From positions 1 through 27,282 of the forward strand of contig CAYZHI010000001.1 in the NCBI GenBank assembly GCA_964477335.1: 27,282 bases of DNA, read 5' to 3'. The notes beneath the pieces are model-generated. The model saw nothing but the letters and a program-made list of their open reading frames with translations, was not told where the DNA came from and made no database searches. This document shows, piece after piece, positions 15,250-22,560 of this stretch. The position numbers were made by a program, and so were the translations under genes. Each line of letters begins with the position of its first letter. Positions within the stretch are counted from its first letter, which is position 1. This stretch comes from an uncultured Caldilineaceae bacterium. GTDB taxonomy: Bacteria > Chloroflexota > Anaerolineae > 4572-78 > J111.

Positions 15250-18200
15250 TTAAGGAGCCCAGGAAATTCGTTCTTCCAACCAACCTTTCGAATTGTCGAT
15301 ATCTCGTAAAACTTTGCCATCTGGCGAGCCATTCATATTGAATAGCTTTCTTTGATTACTGCCATCGGCGTTCATCACCCAAACGGCCCATGAGCCGCCT
15401 TGATCTGACACGTAGGCAATACTCTGACCATCGGAAGACCAGGCGGGTAACCCCTCATTACTACCATTATTGGTGAGGCGCTGTGGGCTTGAGCCGTCCG
15501 CATTCATCACCCAAATCTCCCAATTAGTGGCCCCCCGAGCAGATGACATAACGGCAATTTTGCTACCATCCGGTGATACCGCCGGAGCGGTATCGGAAAA
15601 TTCACTGCTGATCTTCCTTTCACCACCGCCGTTGGCCCCCATCACATACAAACCACAGTCACCTGCCGGTGAACAGCCTCTCACCACCAATCGCCCATCA
15701 GGGAAGGTGGCGGGATATTCGCCCTGAAAACCGATGCCATAATCCCCATCGCCTGACTGATTACCAACGAAAATGCGGGGCACCCGATCACCTTCGCGGC
15801 GGCTGGCAAAGGCAAACGAGTAACCATCGGGCGACCAGGTAGGTAGGCCATCTTCCACAAAACGGGTCACCTGCCCTTCGCGGCCGCCGATGAAATCTCG
15901 GAAGAAAATGCCGCGGTTGCCCAAATTCCAGGAGCGATAAGCCAGCAAGCTGCCATCCCGGTTAAAGGCTGGCTGGCTGGCCTCAGTCGCAATAATCGTT
16001 TGTTCGCCGGTGGCAATGTCAGCCATCCAGATATCGTAAACATTGCTGCCAGGATTGAACGCCGGGTAGACAATCCGACCACTCACGGCAGCCGCGTCAC
16101 CTGAAGGCGCAGCCGCTTCAGCAGCCGGCGACGCAGCAACCGGCGCTTCCGCCGTCTCAACCTCGGCCTGAGCCGTGGTAGTAACAGCGCCGGTCGTATC
16201 GGTTGGCTCGGCTGCCGTTGTCTCGGTGGTGGTGGATCCAGCATTATAAGCTTCCAGCTCTTCAGCCGTGAAGGGGATGACCAATTCCTGGCCTAACTGC
16301 AAACTTGTAGGATCGGTAATATTGTTCTTGGAGGTCAACAAGTCGACGTCAACGCCAAATCTGGCGGCTATGGCCAGGAGCGTATCACCTGATTGAATTC
16401 GATAAACCAGCGGCGTGGCCGTGCCCTTGGGAGTAGGTGTAGCTGCCGGGGTCGACCTAGCCTCACCCGTTTTAGCGGGCGTAGGCGTGCTCTTCGAATC
16501 TGCTGCTTCATCTTCTTCGCCTGCAGCCGTGGCCTCAGCGGTCATCGGGGTCGCGGCTTGAGCCGCGGCATCGGTGGAGAAGCTAAAGCTGTTGATCATG
16601 GCTTGAAATTGCGGCTGGACCGCATTCCAGGCCGCAGCCGGGGCCAGGGCCACCAGGTAGTAACCGGCTCCGTCCTTGTTGGTTACAGCCAGGGTAGCAA
16701 TTCCCTGGCCACCCAAATCGTCAGCCTGATACCTGATTTGGGCCGAAGTCCAAATCTGGGAAGCAATACTGATGGTACCTTCATTGAGGGTTTCGGCGTC
16801 GCTTGGAAAATCGGCCAAAACTTCGGTCAATAGATCGGCAATGGCCATCCCTTCATCAGCCGACTTACAGATGATCATGACCGCGTCTTTGGGATTGTCC
16901 AGATCAAGTCCGGCTGAGGAGGGCGAGAACATCCCGCAGAGTTCTTCCTCGGCTTGCTGCCAATTCTCGGGATATTCGACCCGATAGCCCAGGTCGGCGC
17001 TACTGAAGGTAGTCAGAGCAACAGGAGTAGAGGAGACTGCGGCCTCAAGTTCAGGTGTAGCCGTTGGACCAGGAGTGGGCGTGGCATCAGGCGGGCCGGC
17101 ATCAAGGGTAGGGGTAAGGCTGGGCACGGCCACCAACCCGCCGCTGCCCAGGTCATCACTCTGAAACCAACTCCAGGTAAAGATCAACCCAACCGCACAA
17201 GCCAACAAAATGACAACGCCGCCCACAAACGTCCACAAGGTACTGGGGAGTGATCGCAACACGTCACCCACAGTGTAACTTTCCTTCTCTGCTATTTGGG
17301 GCTGGGCGGCAGCGGCTTTACCGACAGCGGCGGCTGAAGTTGCAGCACCGGCTTTTGGCTGGGCCGTTTGTTGGGCCGGCGGCGCGACAGGTCTCACCGG
17401 CGCGGTATCAGCCCGCGCCGCTGCCGCAGCCGGGGTCGGCATCGCCTGGGTCACGCTGCGATGAACTTCGGGCGGGGGTGTAGGTTCCACCCGGCGGACC
17501 GGCTCCATCGGCAACGTGTTTTCGCGAGCTCGACGCTCCTGACCCGGCGCAGGTCTAACCGGCCGGCTGGCTGCTCTGGCCGACGGCGAGCGGGGTGAGG
17601 AGATGTTTGAAGCGGCCGCACCCGTCGGAATGATGATGGTAGGCTCATGCACGGCTTCTCGTTTTCTGGGTGGAACAGTACGATTCGGCTCTGTAACCGG
17701 CCGGCTGCCTCTGGCTACAGGCTGGACCTGGAGCTGCTCCTCCTGGCGTCGCGGCGGCACCTCGACGGGCCGGCTGGCTCGCCGCGGCCGTGGCTCTGCT
17801 GCAGCCGGATGAGAAGTAGATTTTGGCTCAGTAACCGGTTGAGGAGCCGGAGTGGTTGCCTTTGGCTCCGGTTTTGCCTCAGGTTCAGGATCGATGACCG
17901 TAATTACTTCAACATCAACCACCTCAACCGGGGGTTCATCCGCTTCGATAAACTCGGCGACCACCGGCTCACGCTTGGCTTCAGCTTTAGGCTTGGCCGA
18001 TTTTGGCTGCTGTTCGATCACCATTGTGGGTGGAGGCTGCGGACTCTCAACCGGTTCACCCGTGGCGTACTTTAGCCATTGTTGACCATCGAAGTAGAAC
18101 CAACTGCCGGAGTCGGTTGGGTCTTTGGGAGGCATCGGCGGCTGGACAGGCCCGGACTCAGCCGGAGCCGGCTGGTCAAACGTACCGGCTCGAGCCTCAT

Positions 18201-19149
18201 GGGCCGGCGCCCCGGCCTGAGCCTGAGGTTGGGCCTGGCCCGGCATGTCGAACTGGCCAGGTTGAGGCGCTACATAAGGTTGGGCCGGCTGGTAGGGTGG
18301 AGCCGCAGGTTGTTGCGGTTGGCTAAGATTCTGTTGGACATATTGAGCGCTGGCAGCTTGAGTTTCCGGTCCCGGTGAGGTAATGTAAATTTGGATTGGC
18401 TGAGTTGGTGAAGTTGGCTGCTGCGGCTGAATCACATAGCCCTGGTTGGCTGCTGGCGAAGCCGGTTGAGGATAGACGGCTGGCTGGTATGGCGACGTCG
18501 CATAGTTTGGCGCCGCCGATCCACGCTGGGGTTGGTAAGGCTGGGTATAGGGCGCCTGAGCGGAGGAAGCCGGGGTTCGAAATTCATGAGCCGGATGCCA
18601 GCCATTTTGGTCATAGAAATACCATTGGCCGGTTTTCTCACCGATAGCCCAATATCGTCCCTCATCATCCTGGAAAAGTTGGCCGTCAAGCTGGCCCGGC
18701 ATACCAGGCCCGGCATCGTGGCTTTGGGGTTGTAACTGAGCCTGAGCGGGCACATATGCCGTGGTTGGCTGCTGGCGGCCCTGTCCCCGGCCTACAGACG
18801 GCGAGGCGACGGCATCGCCTGCCCCAGGTTTGACCCACTCGCCCGTGTCAGCTTGGTAGTAGTACCAGTCTCCACTTTTGACGCCCCGCTGCCAATAGAT
18901 GCCCTGATCGTCCATAAAGGGCAGCCTGTCGGCCTCGCGGGGGTCGGCCTGTTGCCAGTTCTGGCCATCGTAATAATGCCAACTACCAGACTGAGCGCCG
19001 ATCATCCAATATCGACCCCAGCTATCTTGAAACTGAAGTTTATCTACTTCGGCAATATACCTTGCTTCATCGATCTTTCCGGCCTGAAAATCGCGAGCCA
19101 GAATTCTATAACGCTTCTCAAATCTTATTATTTTTTCTTCAATTTCCAT
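15250..19149 (-). CDS. Large bitopic membrane protein: SHOCT-like helices plus Trp-rich repeats - Pro/Gln/Ala low-complexity region - TM - PsbP/DcrB-like - LysM - TolB-like propeller
   Basis: ~1299 aa from ATG 19149 (GGGA 3 nt upstream; the track starts at TTG 19161). TM at 17164-17238. PsbP-like LGYRVEYPENW...FQAMINSFSF at 16579-17016. LysM YRIQSGDTLLAIAARFGV...LQLGQELVIP at 16273-16404. PD40 repeats (PTWSPDG, PAVSPDG, PAWSSDG) at 15253-16086. Confidence 0.88.
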   Translation of the reverse strand: MEIEEKIIRFEKRYRILARDFQAGKIDEARYIAEVDKLQFQDSWGRYWMIGAQSGSWHYYDGQNWQQADPREADRLPFMDDQGIYWQRGVKSGDWYYYQADTGEWVKPGAGDAVASPSVGRGQGRQQPTTAYVPAQAQLQPQSHDAGPGMPGQLDGQLFQDDEGRYWAIGEKTGQWYFYDQNGWHPAHEFRTPASSAQAPYTQPYQPQRGSAAPNYATSPYQPAVYPQPASPAANQGYVIQPQQPTSPTQPIQIYITSPGPETQAASAQYVQQNLSQPQQPAAPPYQPAQPYVAPQPGQFDMPGQAQPQAQAGAPAHEARAGTFDQPAPAESGPVQPPMPPKDPTDSGSWFYFDGQQWLKYATGEPVESPQPPPTMVIEQQPKSAKPKAEAKREPVVAEFIEADEPPVEVVDVEVITVIDPEPEAKPEPKATTPAPQPVTEPKSTSHPAAAEPRPRRASRPVEVPPRRQEEQLQVQPVARGSRPVTEPNRTVPPRKREAVHEPTIIIPTGAAASNISSPRSPSARAASRPVRPAPGQERRARENTLPMEPVRRVEPTPPPEVHRSVTQAMPTPAAAAARADTAPVRPVAPPAQQTAQPKAGAATSAAAVGKAAAAQPQIAEKESYTVGDVLRSLPSTLWTFVGGVVILLACAVGLIFTWSWFQSDDLGSGGLVAVPSLTPTLDAGPPDATPTPGPTATPELEAAVSSTPVALTTFSSADLGYRVEYPENWQQAEEELCGMFSPSSAGLDLDNPKDAVMIICKSADEGMAIADLLTEVLADFPSDAETLNEGTISIASQIWTSAQIRYQADDLGGQGIATLAVTNKDGAGYYLVALAPAAAWNAVQPQFQAMINSFSFSTDAAAQAATPMTAEATAAGEEDEAADSKSTPTPAKTGEARSTPAATPTPKGTATPLVYRIQSGDTLLAIAARFGVDVDLLTSKNNITDPTSLQLGQELVIPFTAEELEAYNAGSTTTETTAAEPTDTTGAVTTTAQAEVETAEAPVAASPAAEAAAPSGDAAAVSGRIVYPAFNPGSNVYDIWMADIATGEQTIIATEASQPAFNRDGSLLAYRSWNLGNRGIFFRDFIGGREGQVTRFVEDGLPTWSPDGYSFAFASRREGDRVPRIFVGNQSGDGDYGIGFQGEYPATFPDGRLVVRGCSPAGDCGLYVMGANGGGERKISSEFSDTAPAVSPDGSKIAVMSSARGATNWEIWVMNADGSSPQRLTNNGSNEGLPAWSSDGQSIAYVSDQGGSWAVWVMNADGSNQRKLFNMNGSPDGKVLRDIDNSKGWLEERISWAP

Positions 19150-19167
19150 TGTTCCCACCACAAGCTA

Positions 19168-19185
19168 GGCGAAGGCAATTTCGCC
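19168..19185. repeat. Palindrome GGCGAA-N6-TTCGCC just upstream of the large LysM/TolB gene
   Basis: Read directly; 18 nt upstream of ATG 19149. Confidence 0.55.
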
Positions 19186-19402
19186 CTCACAAAGTACATC
19201 TCTCCTTCACTTCCTATCCTATTGCAACAACCATCTGGAATCCTGGTTAAGCCAAGAGCTGCTGGCGGACCTGTAAATTTCCCAGTTTACAATGACCACC
19301 TGATTATTGCATAAGCTAGTATGGTACACTTCTTTGGTTGAATCTCCAAAAATCGACACCCGACTCAAAAAAGTCACGTTGCTACCAATTTTCCGAAAAA
19401 AC

Positions 19403-19411
19403 TGGTATAAT
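19403..19411 (+). promoter_or_regulatory. Extended -10 element, probably giving a leaderless transcript
   Basis: TGgTATAAT ends 8 nt before ATG 19420; no Shine-Dalgarno in between. Confidence 0.65.
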
Positions 19412-19419
19412 CCGCTCCG

Positions 19420-21195
19420 ATGAACAAGAAACTTATTTCTATTGGTTTGAGCATTCTATTGCTAGCCACCATTATAATTGGAACAGCTCTCTGGATAAGA
19501 GTCTATTTTGACTCTATCAAAAATTACCGCTCGCCGCTACGCCAGGTTGAATTAGCGCCGCAACCATCGATTTCGCCCGGTCCCACCAACCGGGTGGTGA
19601 TCATCCTCATTAGTGGTTTAGGTTATGATGACACCCTGGCCTTGAACTTGCCCGTGCTGGAGCAGCTCAGGCAGGCCGGCGCGACCGCCGCAATTGAAAG
19701 CATTCCACCCAGCTATGCTCAAACGACCTGGGCTACTTTGATTACCGGCGCCCCCCCCGAAACCAACGACGCCGCCCCGGTGGACCTGCCCCTGGCCGAG
19801 ATACACTCCCTAGAAACCGATACCATCTTTGCCCAAGCCCAGGCAGCCGGTCTAAAAACGGCGCTGCTGGGACTGGCTGCCTGGTCAAAGTTGCTCCCCC
19901 AAGGCCAAATCAATCACAGTTTCTTCGTCAATGAGGCCGGGCCTGCGGCTGATCAGGCCATCTTTGAAGCAGCTTTGCCGCTCATTGAAAATGACCAGGC
20001 CGACCTACTGCTGTTTCATTTTACCCAGGTTGATGAAGCTGCTCAAGCGTCGGGCGGCACGGCCAGCGAAGCTTACCGCCAGGCTGCGGCCCAGGTCGAT
20101 GCTTATCTAAATCAAATCAGCGCCGCGATGGACCTCAATCGCAGTGTTTTGATCGTTTTGTCTGACCACGGTCACATTGCCAAAGGGGGGCACGGGGGCA
20201 ACGAAGTTGAGGTTATCTGGCAGCCCCTGGTCATGATTGGCGAGAACGTTATTCCCGGCAATTACAGTGACGTTTCTCAAACAGACGTGGCTCCGACTAT
20301 CGCCACATTGTTAGGTCTGCCTGTGCCTACTGCCGCCCAGGGGCGAATTCTGTTCGAGCTGTTACATCTGACCCAAGCCGAACGGGCCACGGCGCAGATG
20401 GCGCTTACCCGGCAGCGAGTTGCGCTAACCGAGGCTTACTTGAGTCAAATTGGCGGGCCTGAGTCGAAATTGCCGGAACAGTTGTTGGCCGACCTCGACC
20501 GGGCTCAGGGCGCGCTGGAAAAAAATAACTTGGGGGGGGCATTCCAACTGGCTGGCTTAGCCCAAACGGAGGCCGACGCCCAAATGGCTGCGGCTCGCCA
20601 CAAGCGCTTGAGTACTGAACAGTTCAGAAGGTTCATTGGGGCTAGTCTCATCGCCCTGCTCTGGTTTGTAACCATGTGGCACCGCCGCGGCTTCCACGCC
20701 GGCTTAATTGTGATTGCCGCCCTTCTGACCGTGGCCTTGTACCATACGCTTTACCAGATACAGGGCTACAGTTACTCCCTCAGCTCGGTGAAACCATTGA
20801 CCGAACTCCCCCTTGAGATTGCCCGTCGAACGGCCGTCAGTCTGCTGGTTGGTGGGGGGGTGGTGCTGGTGGTGCTGATGCTGGTCAAAGAGGATAACTG
20901 GCTCACCTTGCTCGGTAGTGGTTATGGCTTTGGGTTGCTGGTTACCTTTATCTTTGCGTTGCCGCTCTTGTGGGCTTTTTGGCAGAACGGTTTTGTGGTC
21001 ACCTGGCATCTACCCGGGGTATTGCCGGCCTTTTGGCAGCTAACGGCGCTTTTTGAAGTTTTGGCGTCGGCCATTTTGGCCCTGCTACTACCCTGGCCGA
21101 TTATGATGTTGAACCTATTCGTCAGCCTGACTCGCCATTACCTCAGCGGGACCCGCTCGCAAAAGTCCGATGTTCTGCCGGGATTACATTTGTGA
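19420..21195 (+). CDS. Alkaline phosphatase/NPP superfamily membrane protein with degenerate metal ligands and C-terminal TM bundle
   Basis: 591 aa. N-terminal TM, RVVIILISGLGYD, TWATLITG, LSDHGH, GGHG, QTDVAPTIATLLGLPVP..AQGR, and ~5-6 C-terminal TM helices. Confidence 0.85.
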   Translation: MNKKLISIGLSILLLATIIIGTALWIRVYFDSIKNYRSPLRQVELAPQPSISPGPTNRVVIILISGLGYDDTLALNLPVLEQLRQAGATAAIESIPPSYAQTTWATLITGAPPETNDAAPVDLPLAEIHSLETDTIFAQAQAAGLKTALLGLAAWSKLLPQGQINHSFFVNEAGPAADQAIFEAALPLIENDQADLLLFHFTQVDEAAQASGGTASEAYRQAAAQVDAYLNQISAAMDLNRSVLIVLSDHGHIAKGGHGGNEVEVIWQPLVMIGENVIPGNYSDVSQTDVAPTIATLLGLPVPTAAQGRILFELLHLTQAERATAQMALTRQRVALTEAYLSQIGGPESKLPEQLLADLDRAQGALEKNNLGGAFQLAGLAQTEADAQMAAARHKRLSTEQFRRFIGASLIALLWFVTMWHRRGFHAGLIVIAALLTVALYHTLYQIQGYSYSLSSVKPLTELPLEIARRTAVSLLVGGGVVLVVLMLVKEDNWLTLLGSGYGFGLLVTFIFALPLLWAFWQNGFVVTWHLPGVLPAFWQLTALFEVLASAILALLLPWPIMMLNLFVSLTRHYLSGTRSQKSDVLPGLHL

Positions 21196-21218
21196 AATGT
21201 AAAAAGTGAAACGTGATT
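21191..21218 (+). repeat. Degenerate heptamer array over the stop codon of the AP-fold gene
   Basis: TGTGAAA TGTAAAA AGTGAAA CGTGATT. Confidence 0.5.
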
Positions 21219-21252
21219 CTATTCAACTTCTGATTTTTACCGAGGTGGAGCT

Positions 21253-22095
21253 ATGCGGATTATCATCACCGGCGCCAACGGCCAGTTGGGCCAGGCCCTG
21301 CAAAACCAGTTGGCCGAACACGATGTCATCCCCACGGATATTCCCGAATTTGACATTACCGATCATGCCATCGTCCAGCGATTTGCCCAGATGCGGCCCG
21401 AGCTGATCATCCACTGCGCCGCTATGACCGACGTGGACGGCTGCGCCAGAGACCCCGATACGGCCTTCAAGATCAATGCCTTTGGCACGCAAAACGTCGC
21501 CCACGCCTGCCTGCAGACCAACGCCGAGATGGTCTATATCTCCACCAACGAGGTCTTTGACGGCCGGGCTGACATCCCCTACCGGGAGGAAGATCACCCC
21601 AGCCCCATCAATGCTTACGGCAGTTCCAAAAGATCGGGCGAACAGATGGCGGCTCGCTACGTGAAAGACAGGCTCTACATTGTCCGCACCGCCTGGCTAT
21701 ATGGCGACAACGAGCGCATGTTTCCAGGCAAAATCATCGCCGCGGCCGACCAACACGCCGAGCTGCGCGTGGTCACCGACGAGGTGAGCAATCCCACCTA
21801 TGCGCCCGACCTGGCTGAGGCTGTGGCCAAATTGATCCAAAGCCGGGCTTACGGCATCTATCATTTTACCAATTCAGGCTATTGTTCCCGCTATGAATTT
21901 GCCCAGGAGATTCTGCGCCTGGCCAGCCGGGCGCATGTGCCGGTCCAGCCCATCACCCTGGCCGATTACCCGCGGGCGACCACAGTGCCTCATTTCACCG
22001 CCCTGGCCAATACCAAGGGCGCGGCGTTGGGGATTGAGTTGCGACCCTGGCAGGCGGCGTTGGCGGCGTATTTTGGGGTTCGGGTAGGGAAATAG
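21253..22095 (+). CDS. rfbD: dTDP-4-dehydrorhamnose reductase (RmlD family)
   Basis: 280 aa. GANGQLG, IHCAAMTDVDGC, YIST, YGSSK (YxxxK), RTAWLYG, VVTDEVSNPTY and GIYHFTN. RBS GAGGTGGAG. Confidence 0.9.
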   Translation: MRIIITGANGQLGQALQNQLAEHDVIPTDIPEFDITDHAIVQRFAQMRPELIIHCAAMTDVDGCARDPDTAFKINAFGTQNVAHACLQTNAEMVYISTNEVFDGRADIPYREEDHPSPINAYGSSKRSGEQMAARYVKDRLYIVRTAWLYGDNERMFPGKIIAAADQHAELRVVTDEVSNPTYAPDLAEAVAKLIQSRAYGIYHFTNSGYCSRYEFAQEILRLASRAHVPVQPITLADYPRATTVPHFTALANTKGAALGIELRPWQAALAAYFGVRVGK

Positions 22096-22116
22096 TTACG
22101 GGAAAGAGAATCGACG

Positions 22117-22554
22117 TCACCCACCCGGCGGCTCTACCCCCAGATTTTCCGGCCCAAAACTGTGGGGCAGCAAATCTGGCAGGGTGAAAACCCGGTAATG
22201 GCCGGCCAGATCGCCCACAATGACCGTCAGATCGGGGGAAAATTCACGCATCACCTGCCGGCAAACACCGCAGGGCGCGCCGCCGTCGCTGGTGACGACG
22301 GCAATGGCCTCAAAATCAAGTTCGCCTTCAGATACAGCCTTGAAGATGGCTGTACGCTCGGCGCAGTTAGCCGGACCGTAAGCGGCATTCTCGATGTTGC
22401 AGCCAGTGTAAACCTTGCCGCTGCCGGTTAATAAGGCCGCCCCGACTCTGTAATGAGAATAGGGCGCATAGGCATAGGCTCTGGCAGCTATCGCCTGCTC
22501 AAGCAAGCTGGCCCACTTTTGTGAGGCTGGAGATCCGTGGTTGATGGAGTCCAT
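22117..22554 (-). CDS. cdd: Cytidine deaminase (homotetrameric type)
   Basis: AYAPYSHYRVGAAL, GCNIENAAYG, CAERTA and PCGVCRQ Zn motifs. Confidence 0.96.
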   Translation of the reverse strand: MDSINHGSPASQKWASLLEQAIAARAYAYAPYSHYRVGAALLTGSGKVYTGCNIENAAYGPANCAERTAIFKAVSEGELDFEAIAVVTSDGGAPCGVCRQVMREFSPDLTVIVGDLAGHYRVFTLPDLLPHSFGPENLGVEPPGG

Positions 22555-22560
22555 TTTGAT

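Noticed and set aside
10235-15270. Shared C-terminal W-x-x ends (FVWAP, ISWAP, MSWGM) as a novel sorting signal
   Set aside because: Explained by the terminal beta-strands of the PD40 propeller and Ig-like folds; the proteins already have TM anchors.
13320-19314. Numerous short overlapping ORFs opposite the kinase 2 and LysM genes
   Set aside because: Products of low-complexity Ala/Pro/Thr codon runs read on the other strand or frame; no independent signals.
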